A stretch of DNA of 64,000 nt from Octopus vulgaris (lineage: Eukaryota), in contig OX597816.1 in assembly GCA_951406725.2 (NCBI GenBank), positions 160,208,001 through 160,272,000 of the forward strand, in the 5' to 3' direction. The notes beneath the pieces were generated by a model. The model did no database searches. It saw nothing but the letters and a program-made list of their open reading frames with translations, and was not told the origin of the DNA. A program made the translations under genes and the position numbers. Shown piece by piece: positions 26,412 to 39,605 of the stretch; within the stretch, counting starts at the first letter, position 1; every line of letters begins with the position of its first letter.

Positions 26412-27937
26412 GAGAAAGGTATACCCTAACTAAAAACTTGGCTCAAATTCTTGCAACAGAGTGATATCTACTAAAGGCTTCCGAAAAACCAGATAGTAGT
26501 AGTGTTAACCCTGGTCACAGATTAAGTGCCCCACCAAAGAACACAGAACGTAAAGAGACAGGTCAAATATCCATGCTCTAACAGTTTCTGCCAACCCAGT
26601 CCATTCTTTTCACTGAGATTTAAAAAGGGTCCTGCTTCTAAACAGATTCAAATGCTTAATGGAGGATTGAACTCACAGAATGCAATATTTAGTAGTCCTA
26701 TATTTTATCTTGGTCATTTTATAATCCCTGTCCCAGTATATTGCTGGTATATTATATCCACCTTACAGAGGTTAACCCTGTTATAGACTGGTGCTCTGTT
26801 CAACTAGGAGTGTTGTAATCTCAATCATTTATATACTGTGAAAAACCAGATTAAACTTTGTCCTTAGGAATTCTTGGGCTTGTGAGAGGTCTACAACTTA
26901 ATAGAGATTGGAATGCACACATACAAGCACATTTCAACCTATTTTTTTTATATCTATGTCAGCTTCATTTATTACTGTGTATTTATATGAAATGAATCTT
27001 GTACATTGTATTGTTTGGTGGTAGAAACATAACAGCATAATTTGACCCTTCCACAGGTCAGACTGCTTGCATACCTTGTATTTGACTCAGTAGCAGCAGC
27101 AGTGGTAGTAGATAAATTGAATTGTTGTGCAAACATGGCTGTGTGGTTAAGATGCCTGCTTCCTAAGTATAAGGTCTTGGGTTCAATTCCAGTGTATGGT
27201 GCCTTGAGCAAGTGTTTTCTACTATACCCCTAGGCCAACCAGAGTCTTGTGAGTGAAATTCATAAACATAAACTCAAAGAAGCCTATCATATATTTATAT
27301 AGATGGGTTCAATAGTTCTGCAGGCCTTGATGAGCGAGAGGACTGTTCCAAGCTCTACTGTCTTCTTTGGCATGATTTCTACAATTCCAATCACTTTACA
27401 GAGTGTACTGGGTGCTTTTTATGTGGTACTAACACTAGTGAGATCACCAAGTAACTCACAAAACTAGGGAGTTGGCTTTATGATAAGTTATGAGAGGTTA
27501 AAGTATGATAGAGAGAGATAGGAACAAGTGTCGTGCTGTGAGGGGGAATATATAGTTAATATTTAATTATTTTTGACTTAATTATTAGTTGTTATGTCTG
27601 TATAATACTTGCCATGGAAATAATTGTTCAGCCATGTAGCTTCTGTACATCAAGAAACCTGTTATGCTCTGACCCTTTCTCTCATACCTTAACCTGTTGT
27701 CTCTTTGCATAAAGCTATCTCCTCTACTATAGCTTCCAGCCCCCTCAATTGAAGGGGATCTTAGACTTGTAAGCTGTGTGGTTACCTCACTAGTACTAGT
27801 GGTATGGGAAAACCACCTAGTACATTCTGTAAAGCGGTTGGCATTAGGAAGGGCATCCAGCCATAGAAACTATACCAAAGCAGACATTAAAGTACAATGC
27901 AGTCTTTGGAACCATCTGATCCTATCAAACTGTTTGA

Positions 27938-30096
27938 CCCTTTTAAAATAGTTGACATAAATTTACACATGCAATGTACATACTTTAAATTGGTCAATGT
28001 AATTATATGCTGCCTGACTTAAAACCTGTCGCCTGAGTTGTACCGGTCTAGCTGCCAACTGATTGGCTGATTAGATGTTTCATGTAAATATTTCCAATCC
28101 GATAGGCTGGTCCTATCACTCTGGCTCCATCAACTTTGTTGTTGCATCCTGTTTCATTCACGTTACAATCATCGCGCCAAGCTACGCCACCTCACTGGTT
28201 GTTTCTGCCAGTTTAGGTGATGAATCGGAGAGCGAATATTTTCCTAGTTCAGAATCAGATGATCCCGATAGCGATGATGATATTCCAGTGAATCAAAGGT
28301 ACAGATGGGCAGCAGTGAATAGCCCTGGACAACAGAATGTCATGTGGTGATCGAGAGACAATTTTGTCTGACAGCATGGGTTTACTGGTATGCCTGGCAT
28401 AAACGCAAATCTTGAACATGGAAGTTCGCCATTGGAAATCTTCCATGAGTTTAGACAGATGAAATGTTCCAATGTAAATTAATGACTATGCTGAAAGCCA
28501 TTTCCAGCATGTCAGGCCTGGGCATGGCGGTGATTGGTTTCCAACCTCAGAGGACAAAATTAAAGTTCTGCTTGCTCTACTGACACTGATCCGCATCGTA
28601 AAGAAACCAACCCTAGAATCATATTGGAATCGGGATTCAGCTATGTCGACACCTTTCTTTTCAGAAACGATGCCACGTGATCGATTTTTGGTGCTTCTTT
28701 GAAATCTACATTTCAACTCAGGCAAGAACCAGGATGACAGGCTGCACAAAATATATCCTATCATTGTTAAAGTGGTTGAAAATTTCCAGACAGGACATTT
28801 GTACAGACAAGAGTTTGTGGAAATTCAAGGGAAGGCTCTGATTCAAACAATACAACCTGACCAAATGTGCCCACTTTGGAGTCGAGGTTTAAAAAGTATA
28901 CCAGTCAGCTGGCAGAGCCTGTGGGTACACATCGAATTACAAAATCTACACTGGTCAGGACATGCTGGATCTTCCAGTGACTATTCAAGCATCAACTGAT
29001 TTTATGTAGTTGCTGAATGAAAATTTATTTGACAAAGGCAGCAATATTTATATGGACAACTGGTTTTCCAGGCCAGACTTCTTCCTGCAGCTGCAGGCAA
29101 AGAGGACTAATGCCTTTGAAAGGAGGAAACAGCATACTGATGGACCGATAGTAGCATTCTTGCTCTAGTGTGGCATGACAAGAAAAACATTTACATGTTA
29201 TCCACACTGCATTCTGCAAGCATGAAGGACATTAGGAAACAAGATGTGGACAGTAATGCCATAGTGAAACTGTGTGTAGTTGTTTCATACAATGAAGGGA
29301 TGGGTGGAGTCGATTGCTCAGATCAGGTGGTGATGACACAAATTGGTGAGAAAGTCTGTGAAATGAACCAAAAATTTTCTTGTATATAGTTGAGATGTGT
29401 GTCGTAAACTCACATTTGATTTGGCAGATGCTTGGCAGTGTGGGGGATAGATTGACATTCAGGAATCTTTTGTTCCATGAAATGATAGAAGCATCAGACC
29501 TGAAAAAGTACAGAAAGCATGGACGTCCTCATGTCAGACTCTCTCCTCACCACATGGTGAAGGGATGTGGGCATTTTCCACGACTGTTTACCTCGACCAT
29601 GTAAAAGACAAATGCTTCAATGAGATTCACAGTATGTAAAGTTAAAGGGAAACGCAAGGCAACTAGATACCATTGTTCACAATGTGATATGCTGCCTTGT
29701 TTTGAATTCTACCACACTAAAGTCAATTTTTGAATTCACCTGATTGTAAATTCATGAAGTTGATCTGACTTGTGCTGTTGAGTGATCTTTTTCGGGAACG
29801 ATACTGCATAAGCGTCCTGCACAAGTATATAGTTTAGGTAAATAAGCAGTACTGACATTAAAGTGGCTGACATAAATATATGCTGAACGTTATATTGCAC
29901 TGAGTGCTGACCTCAATCAGAGTGATTACTGTTGCCATGCACAGGCAGCCAACTGAATCACTGCTGTAAACTGGTTAAAGTGGTTGATGTAAATATACAC
30001 TGAAGCATTGTCATGTCCTAATTGCTGATTTCAGCTGAGATGATAACTGTCAATGCAACCTTTTTGCTTGATAAAAAGAAAAACATTGTCATGGGG
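27938..30096 (+). mobile_element. Decayed piggyBac DNA transposon inserted in a family C SINE tail
   Basis: ttga|CCC...GGG|TTAA termini. The SINE sequence tcaaactgt resumes as tccatgccagtatggaa after 30100. Contains a transposase relic. Confidence 0.8.
28200..29733 (+). pseudogene. piggyBac transposase pseudogene (PGBD4-like) with multiple stops and frameshifts
   Basis: Acidic N-terminus, then IVKKPTLESYW..TPFFSETMPRDRF..L*NLHF, KFKGRL*FKQY, YKIYTG, YMDNWF, WHDKKNIYMLSTLH, YNEGMGGVDCSDQ and a Cys-rich end TRYHCSQC..PCFEFYH. The start is approximate. Confidence 0.9.
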
Positions 30097-32420
30097 TTAA
30101 TCCATGCCAGTATGGAATACAGATGTCAAATGCTACTATTGATGATTGAAATTTTCATGTTTTCCACATTAAATGATTATTGAGAAACAGATATTAATCT
30201 GATATAATCCATATAAACCAAACAGAAGTTATCAAATGTATGGACAGAATAAAAAATGCTTCTTCCTATATTGTTTTTAAGTTAACCATGTAGTTGCCCA
30301 CTTTTGCATATTTGAACATGTAGCTGCCCACTTTTGCATCTCTAAACATGTGGCTGCCCACTTTTGCATCTCTAAACATGTGGCTGCTCACGTTTGCATC
30401 TGTAAACATGTGGCTGCCCACTTTTGCATCTGTAAACATGTGGCTGCCCACTTTTGCATCTGTAAACATGTGGCTGCCCACTTTTGCATCTCTAAACATG
30501 TGGCTGCTCACTTATGCATCTTCCAACAAAATGGCACCCACTAAAGTGTTCTTGCTTATTCAAAGGGTTAAGGACTTGTTTGTCTCATCTTTATGTCATT
30601 ATTAGAGCTAAGATTTTAAGGACCTGATATGGTAAAATTGTGTTAAATGTTTCCTGACCTACTACTTACTCTCCTTCAGAATCTCTTATGTCAAGTCTTG
30701 TTTAACTCCTGTCACATACACCTTTCCACTTAACTTTCTAATAGTCTCACCTGCATAAATGTGTTGGCCTATTTCTGAACCTACTGATTATACATGAAAC
30801 ATTTTATTATATATAATCTAAATGCAGTGTCAGCACATTGTTGTTTCCAATATGCTATTCAAATAACGAACCGCATAATTCATAGTTCATCCAAGTAAGC
30901 ATATGATAAAAATCTGTTTTTGTTCTTTTATAGTCTAAATTTTGGGTGTGTTCCTTGTGATATACAAAAGTATACTCCAGTATAAAGGTATATCAAATAT
31001 TTAACAAGCACAAAAGGTTTGTTAACTAGAATCTCAAACAAAGTAAACGCAAGGCAACTAGATACCATTGTTCACAATGTGATATGCTGCCTTGTTTTGA
31101 ATTCTACCACACTAAAGTCAATTTTTGAATTCACCTGATTGTAAATTCATGAAGTTGATCTGACTTGTGCTGTTGAGTGATCTTTTTCGGGAACGATACT
31201 GCATAAGCGTCCTGCACAAGTATATAGTTTAGGTAAATAAGCAGTACTGACATTAAAGTGGCTGACATAAATATATGCTGAACGTTATATTGCACTGAGT
31301 GCTGACCTCAATCAGAGTGATTACTGTTGCCATGCACAGGCAGCCAACTGAATCACTGCTGTAAACTGGTTAAAGTGGTTGATGTAAATATACACTGAAG
31401 CATTGTCATGTCCTAATTGCTGATTTCAGCTGAGATGATAACTGTCAATGCAACCTTTTTTTGCTTGATAAAAAGAAAAACATTGTCATGGGGTTAATCC
31501 ATGCCAGTATGGAATACAGATGTCAAATGCTACTATTGATGATTGAAATTTTCATGTTTTCCACATTAAATGATTATTGAGAAACAGATATTAATCTGAT
31601 ATAATCCATATAAACCAAACAGAAGTTATCAAATGTATGGACAGAATAAAAAATGCTTCTTCCTATATTGTTTTTAAGTTAACCATGTAGTTGCCCACTT
31701 TTGCATATTTGAACATGTAGCTGCCCACTTTTGCATCTCTAAACATGTGGCTGCCCACTTTTGCATCTCTAAACATGTGGCTGCTCACGTTTGCATCTGT
31801 AAACATGTGGCTGCCCACTTTTGCATCTTTTGCATCTGTAAACATGTGGCTGCCCACTTTTGCATCTCTAAACATGTGGCTGCTCACTTATGCATCTTCC
31901 AACAAAATGGCACCCACTAAAGTGTTCTTGCTTATTCAAAGGGTTAAGGACTTGTTTGTCTCATCTTTATGTCATTATTAGAGCTAAGATTTTAAGGACC
32001 TGATATGGTAAAATTGTGTTAAATGTTTCCTGACCTACTACTTACTCTCCTTCAGAATCTCTTATGTCAAGTCTTGTTTAACTCCTGTCACATACACCTT
32101 TCCACTTAACTTTCTAATAGTCTCACCTGCATAAATGTGTTGGCCTATTTCTGAACCTACTGATTATACATGAAACATTTTATTATATATAATCTAAATG
32201 CAGTGTCAGCACATTGTTGTTTCCAATATGCTATTCAAATAACGAACCGCATAATTCATAGTTCATCCAAGTAAGCATATAATAAAAATCTGTTTTTGTT
32301 CTTTTATAGTCTAAATTTTGGGTGTGTTCCTTGTGATATACAAAAGTATACTCCAGTATAAAGGTATATCAAATATTTAACAAGCACAACAGGTTTGTTA
32401 ACTAGAATCTCAAACAAAGT
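29650..32420 (+). repeat. Near-identical tandem duplication: 29650-31044 and 31045-32420
   Basis: Copies are colinear and differ by a minisatellite deletion of about 20 bp, a poly-T length and about two substitutions. Confidence 0.95.
30282..30571. repeat. 30-bp minisatellite (8 units) within a TTAA-bounded element; duplicated near 31679-31947
   Basis: Unit aacatgtggctgcccacttttgcatctcta. Ends ttaacc...gggttaa. Confidence 0.85.
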
Positions 32421-33383
32421 TAAATTGTTCTTCACTTCATTGTTCTATCTTACTGTCATTTTTATTCTGAAATTCATGTGACAAATCTTTGCTTTCATTT
32501 CATCTGCAAATGGTGCTTCAAACTTCTTTATATTGTCTCAGGCTATGACACTTAGACATTGTTCCATTGTACTCAGTTCAAGATAGATTAAAGTTTTCAT
32601 GTGATGACAAATGGTCTTTAACTTCCTAGATTTCATGGGATTATAAGAACTTTGAATAAGTTCCATTCTTTGTGTTTGGTAGGAAAACTCTGTATATGAG
32701 TGCTCAACAAAACATTCTGTAGGTCTATGAAATTTATAATGATAGTACTTTATTATTATTATTATTATTATTGAATGAGAGAGCAGTACATGTCATCAAA
32801 GTGACACTGGGGTACAATTATACGAAACCCAGTATACCCATCTTGACTACCTAACTGATAAGGGTTCACTAGGCACACACATCACACCCATATGTGCACA
32901 ACATGGTGATCTTATTTCAAGATAAATAGTCCATGACCCTGCAGGTGGAGCCCAGTTAGAATTTTCTTCAGGTCAAGTAGCCCATCCTACTGAAAAGGTC
33001 CCTGAATAAGGGTTGTTTGAGGATGATGAATGAAGCACCCATGTTTCCAGAGGTGAATTATTCAAACCCGAAAAACTTCTTCTCAACACATGTCTATGAT
33101 GCTCCCCAACTACTCCTGCTCACAATCAGAGATGCACCTGTCGTCAGCCACTAATGGACATGCCCAACTGGTTAAGCTCAAGCAACTGACACAAATCTGC
33201 AGTATTGAGCAGAATATTTGCTGTCGCCCATCTTTTACATCAAGACAAAACATGTAAATGTTAACACTTCCAATCAAGATCAGAAGTCATCCAACCCATA
33301 CCAGCATGGAAAATGGGTGTTAGATGAGGATGAGGATTATGATGATGATTATGATTATGATTGTTGTTGATTTTGTTTTGTAG

Positions 33384-33519
33384 AAATACATTCAGAAAGT
33401 TATCCGCTCACAGATGAGAGGAAACTTTGCCAGCCGTTGTTATTAATAGGAAAGAAAGAACAAAGATCCGTTTTCAGGAATCACTAGTCTGTACCCACCA
33501 CCTCTCAGATACTATTAGA
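33384..33519 (+). other. Candidate spliced exon, probably non-coding (UTR or lncRNA)
   Basis: Unique sequence between the acceptor ttttgttttgtag and the donor GTAAGT. All three frames contain a stop. Confidence 0.3.
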
Positions 33520-33569
33520 GTAAGTTTTATTTGTTACAATGGTAATACATTTGGTTAATAAGCACTCTG

Positions 33570-34094
33570 TGGGCATGTGTGTGTGTGTACATGTACTAGT
33601 GTTTGTGTGTGTGAGTCTGTGTGTGTATGTATGCTTTTGTGTGTGTGTATATGTATGCATGTCTGTGTGTGTGCATGTGTGTGTGTATGCATATATGCTT
33701 GTCTGTGTGTGTATGTATGCTTATCTGTGTGTGTATGTATGCTTGTCTCTGTGTGTATGTTTGTATGTATCTGTGTATGCTTGAGTGTGTGTGTGTGTGC
33801 ATGTATGCTTGTGTGTATGTGTGTATGCTTGAGTGTGTGTGTGTGTGCATGTATGCTTGCCTGTGTGTGTGTATGTATGTATGTATGCTTGTCTCTGTAT
33901 GCATGCTTGTCTGTGTGTGTAGTTATGCATGCATATATGCTCACACACACATGCATGCAAATCTATGTGTATTTTTGTGTGAGTGTTTACATGTCTTTGT
34001 GTTGTACGTGTGTGCATGTTTGTGTCTATGTATTGTGCAGTTAGGAATGCACGTATGCATGCACTCAGGTTTATGAAGAGTATCTGCATTTTTT

Positions 34095-34130
<36 letters not shown>

Positions 34131-34245
34131 CCTCTGTATGTAAGTGTTTGTGTATATGTCTGTGTTTGTGTGTGTGTGTGCGCCTCTGTATGTGAGTGTT
34201 CGTGTATATGTCTGTGTTTGACTGTGTGCATGTGTGTTTATGTGT
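33570..34245. repeat. Degenerate (TG)/(TATG) microsatellite field
   Basis: Seen directly. It explains the Cys/Val and His/Thr ORFs. Confidence 0.9.
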
Positions 34246-34685
34246 TAGAGATTGCAGTATTTGAGTGATATCGGAAGAATGGGGTGAGCCAAACTTAGAA
34301 AAGCTGTTTAACAACAAGAAACCAGAACCACCACCACCACTGGTACAATCTACCTCCTCCTCACAACCACCACCATCATCATCATTATCAACAGCAACAA
34401 CAATAAAGACCTGTGAAGTGGCAAAAAAAAAATGTAAAAGAAAGGAAGCACTCTGGAAATATGAAATCTGATCTGGGTAATGGAAGGGGGGGGAGAGAAA
34501 CAAAAGATATCTCTGTTTTCTATAAGACTGAGAAGTGGGGGGTGTATATTAGTTGTAATGTTATTTTCAGTGTTGACGTATTTTGGTGGCCCAGGAAGGA
34601 TGTATGTAAGAATGGTAAGGGTAAAGATATTTTTTGCAAAAGGTGGGGAGTGAGTGGTATTACCGATCTACTGTCTCTCCCCACA

Positions 34686-35348
34686 ACCATCAAAATCATG
34701 GAAAAGAAAAAATAATAAAGGGTTACATTGATATCCTTCAATGGATTTATTGTTAACTAAACTAACTTTCCATAGTGTCTTAAGAAAAGCCAGATCCATC
34801 AATCCTAGATAGTATTTTGTATATTTTTCAAAATTTCATTTATTTGATTTTGTTGGAGTTGTTTACCTTAGCTGTTTTTTTTTTTTCTCTTCTTTTGAAG
34901 ATTCTAAATGCCCCATTGTGAAAGTTTTGTTTCCTCATTCCATAACTAATGACAGTTAATCAAAGTTTCCATCCTGCTGTATATCTGCTGATGTACATTT
35001 TTGGATGCCTTTCCTGTTTCCAATCCTCACCTGTTTCCTAATAAGGTAATATTTCCCCATTACCAAACATGTCTCGAAAGATTTTGAAATGAAGGACACT
35101 GCTTGCATAACAGTGCACCTGTTTACAACTGTTACATGATGTCAAGACAAAGAGACTGTAACACACACACACACAAGCACATACACACACACAAGCACAC
35201 ATGAATGGTTGGCATTAGGAAGGACATTCAGCTGTAGAAACCATGCCAGGTTAGACTGAAACCTGGTGCAGCTCCCCAGCTCACCAATTTTCAGTCAAAC
35301 TGTTCAACCCTTGCCAGCATGGAAAATAGATGATAAATTATGTTGATA

Positions 35349-35398
<50 letters not shown>

Positions 35399-35604
35399 AT
35401 CCCTTGCCATATCACGGTTCACCTATCGCAGTTTATTATTTAAGCTTATGTTGATTCCTTCGTGGTGTTGTTATGAAATGACTATGCACAAATTATAAAA
35501 ATGATTTTAAAAATATACAGTACAGTACTGTTTCTACTTCATGGATTTTCACCTGTCACAGAGGGTTTTGGAATGTAACACCTGCAATAGTCAAGGGATA
35601 ATTG

Positions 35605-35665
<61 letters not shown>

Positions 35666-36942
35666 GTTTACACTATCAGGACTTTAACCTACATGGATTT
35701 ACACAGGATTGCACTTAAGGACTTATGGACTTATTTCTACAAGATCAGAAAATTGAACTGTGAACTTTTATGCTTTTTTTTTCTTCTCTTTCTTCATCTC
35801 CTTATTCCTTTACTCCTGTCCTCTATGTCATCATTTCATTAATTTATACTCTTCTCATTTTCCCTATTTGTTTCCTATATAAAACATATATTAAAAATAT
35901 ATACAAAAATATAAAATATATGAATATTAGAAATATATATTGACATATAAATATATGAATATATAAACACAGTAATAATATAATGAAGTATAGGATTATA
36001 GATAAAAACGTTTTTTAAAAACAGAATTGAAAATATCCCATACTCTGGGACATCCCAGAAACTGCTGGAAGACTTTGAATCTTTTTTTGCAATAATAATA
36101 ATAATAATGTATGACTGGAGATGTTTGCCTTGCCTTAACGTTTGTTTTCCTCTTTAACAATTATATAATCTGCTAAACCTACTCACAAAGCTTTGGTTGG
36201 CCCAGGGCTTTGGTATTGCTCAAGCTGCCACAGAATTGGACTGAACCTAGAACTATGTAGTTGAGAAAGGAACTTCCTACCACAAAGCCATACCTGCACC
36301 TCTGTATGTGTGTGTGTGTGTGTGTGTATGTATGCATGCATGCATGCATGTATTTCTTTCTTTCTTTCTTTCTTATGAAACACATAGATTGCATAGATGT
36401 GCTCAAGTTGAACCAGAGATGTCAGACATGTATAATTAATGAAATGGAAGGAGTTCAAGTCAGGCAAACCATCAAAATCATGGAAAAGAAAAAATCCAAA
36501 ATAAAGGGTTACATTGATATATTTCAATGGATTTACGTTAACCAAACTAACTTTCCATAGTGTCTTATTAGAAAAGCCAGATCCATCAATCCTAGATAGT
36601 ATTTTGTATATTTTTCAAAATTTCATTTATTTGATTTTGTTGGAGTTGTTTACCTTAGCTGGGTCTTTTTTCTTTTTTTTTGGAGATTTTAAATGCCCCA
36701 TTGTGAAAGTTTTGTTTCCTCGTTCCTTAATAATGACAGTTAATCAAAGTTTCCATCATGCTATATATCTGTTGATGTAAATTTTTGGATGCCTTTCCTG
36801 TTGCCAATCCTCACCTTTTTCCTAATAAGGTAATATTTCCCCATTACCAGATATGTCTTTTAAAGATTTTGAAATGAAGGACACTGCTTACATAACAGTG
36901 TGCCTGTTTACAACCGTTACATGATGGCAAGACAAGGAGACT

Positions 36943-36960
<18 letters not shown>
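34686..36960 (+). repeat. Local direct duplication of about 480 bp (34686-35170 and 36468-36955)
   Basis: Both start aaccatcaaaatcatggaaaagaaaaa and run colinearly to gagactgtaacacac, roughly 90% alike by eye. Confidence 0.9.
35394..35604. mobile_element. Tc1/pogo (Tigger-like) MITE
   Basis: Imperfect TIR tagtaatcccttgccatatc / aatagtcaagggataattg, embedded in (TA)n. Confidence 0.6.
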
Positions 36961-36990
<30 letters not shown>

Positions 36991-37958
36991 AATGTAAACA
37001 CACCAGCATCGGTTGTCAAGTGATGTTGGGGGACAAACACAGACACACAAATATATATACACACACACACACACACACATACATATACACTCATATATAT
37101 GACGGGCTTCTTTCAGTTTCCATCTACCAAATCCACTCACAAGGCTTTGGTTGGCCCGAGGCTTTAGTAGAAGACACTTGCCCAAGTGCCATGCAGTGGG
37201 ACTGAACCCAGAACAATGTGGTTGGTAAGCAAGCTACTTACCACGCAGCCACTCCTAGACCTATAGATAACATAATTAACCCATTAGCCTTCAAATTACT
37301 CTCTCTAATTTATTGCTTATTTTCTCATATTGTTTTGAATTAATCATGCATTATTTTGTAGCTTTGAGATTTTATTGATGTGGTTGTCTGTCTACTTTTC
37401 GAATGACATTGCAGTGTAGGTGTTAAAAACTGGATCTGGCTGGTTTGAACATAAAACTGCTAGAATATTTAAGCCAGATATCGCTAGTTTAAATATTTGA
37501 ACATAAATCTGCTAGAATATTTAAACCACATATGGCTGGTTTAAATACTAAAGGATTAAATGAAGTATTAGATAGTGTAAAGCAGTTGGGTCAAATTCAT
37601 TTGGCTTTGCAGGCCATATTGTCTTTTGGGCTAGTCCTTAGAGTGGGAAGGGAGACAGACTTTGTTCAAATGAATGCATACAATTCTAATCCTTCAGCTT
37701 CTTCTATTTCTTTTTCTTGTTTCATTCATTAGACTGTGGTCATGCTGGAGCGCTGCATGTCAGCAGACAACCATTGGATATATTTTACATCATATAAGGG
37801 TAAGATACACAATTTTTCTGCTCTTTTCGTGGCTATACTGTATTTGAAATATTATTTTCTTGTCTGTATAATATGGTTCACATTCAATATTTCCAAAAAG
37901 AAAAAAAGAAAATGTTTGTTTACATATGTTGTTGCATATATATATATATATATATACA

Positions 37959-38165
37959 CAGTGGGTGCAAAAGTAGGTATACAGTAAGTATCACATCAAT
38001 GTTATAATAAATTTATTAAAATTATTAGTGTCATTAGTCACAATAATACATTTAGCCTCATTTATAATACTTTTGTTGTAACTTTTAGTTTTTTGATAAA
38101 AATAAATGAGTATTGTACATATTTTATTTTATTCATAACTGTATACCTACTTTTGCACCACCCTG
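37959..38165. mobile_element. Tc1/mariner-type MITE
   Basis: TIR cagtgggtgcaaaagtaggtatacagt / actgtatacctacttttgcaccaccctg in a (TA)n context. Confidence 0.85.
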
Positions 38166-38410
38166 TATATATATATATATATAATCATCATCATTGTTTA
38201 ATGTCTGCTGCTTTTTTCATCATTCCATAGCAAAGCCATTGTACTACACTTTGACAATTTTTGATATTTTGGCATCTGAAGCAGCTGGAGATACAATAGT
38301 TTGACCCAAAGACCTGGCTATTGCAAGTAAAAATAAATATTGGAAAAACGCTTTTGACCAAATTTGGACAAACAACAGTTTAACATAATAGCAACAATAT
38401 ATATATATAT

Positions 38411-38480
<70 letters not shown>

Positions 38481-38920
38481 TTTGGGCAGCGGACTCATGG
38501 TTGTAGGATCGCAGTTTCGATTCCCAGATCAGGCATTGATTGAAAACACTTAAAGCTCCACAAAGCTCCAGCAGGGGGTGGTGGTGAACCCTGCTGTACT
38601 CTTTCACCACAACTTTCTCTGGCTCTTTCTTCCTGTTTCTGTTGTACCTGCATTTCAGAAAGCCAGCCTTGTCACCCTCTGTGTCACGTTGAATCTCCCC
38701 GAGAACTATGTTAAGGGTACATGTGTCTGAGGTGTGCTCAGCCACTTATACATTAATTTCATGAGCAGGCTGTTCCGTTGATTGGATCAACTGGAACCCT
38801 TGTCGTTTTAACTGACGGAGTGCCGTAGTATATATATATATATATAAATTTAAAATGAGGTTGAGAAATTAGATATTAATTTGATCAACATCGATTTCTC
38901 ACCAATGGTCTATGTTAATT

Positions 38921-38956
<36 letters not shown>

Positions 38957-39047
38957 TTCAGCAAAATTTAGATTCAAATGAATATGGTACTTAAGTTAGA
39001 TACACCAGAATTTTGAATGGTGTTATCCATATAAATCCACGGGGTGA

Positions 39048-39108
39048 TTATAATCAAAATAAGCAACAAGAATAATTTTGGTTATTCTTGTTGCTTATTT
39101 TGATTATA

Positions 39109-39109
<1 letters not shown>
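39048..39109. repeat. Perfect 28-bp inverted repeat with 6-nt loop
   Basis: ttataatcaaaataagcaacaagaataa-ttttgg-ttattcttgttgcttattttgattataa. Confidence 0.9.
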
Positions 39110-39140
<31 letters not shown>

Positions 39141-39567
39141 CAGACAAATAAATGAATGTTTGCAAATACCATGTCTTGTTACTGATTGGTTGGTTAACAA
39201 ACCCTTGCTTATTCAGACTTAGTCATCTGCAGACCCATTATAATATTTTTGTTTAAACTGCGGTTTTATTTTTTGCTCAACTTGATACATTGGTCTGGTA
39301 AATTGCATCTCTTCCTTTTTTTGTGCATTAATTTTTACTTTTTGTGTTTTGTTTATTTTTTTCTATTGTTTACATATATGTATATTTTTATCAGATATGT
39401 AATAGAACCTTAATATTTAGATGAGGCTTCTGTGAGAAAATGTGTTTAAAGAGGTGTTTATGTGTGAACTCTGTGTGTGTGTGTGTGGGGGAGGGTAGGT
39501 TGTTTATGCATGTATTTCTGTATTGGGATGTTTATATGCATGTGTGTATTGGTAATCAATAGCATCT

Positions 39568-39605
<38 letters not shown>

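Noticed and set aside
28200-29733. Domesticated PGBD gene
   Set aside because: Numerous stops, frameshifts and deletions, and it is still bounded by transposon-like ends.
30266-30605. Repetitive ORFs (SHMFRDAKVG)n and (MWLPTFASVN)n
   Set aside because: These are by-products of a 30-bp minisatellite that is open in several frames.
33539-34503. Longest ORFs in the window (up to 260 aa, His/Thr or Cys/Val rich)
   Set aside because: Translations of (TG)/(CA) microsatellites.
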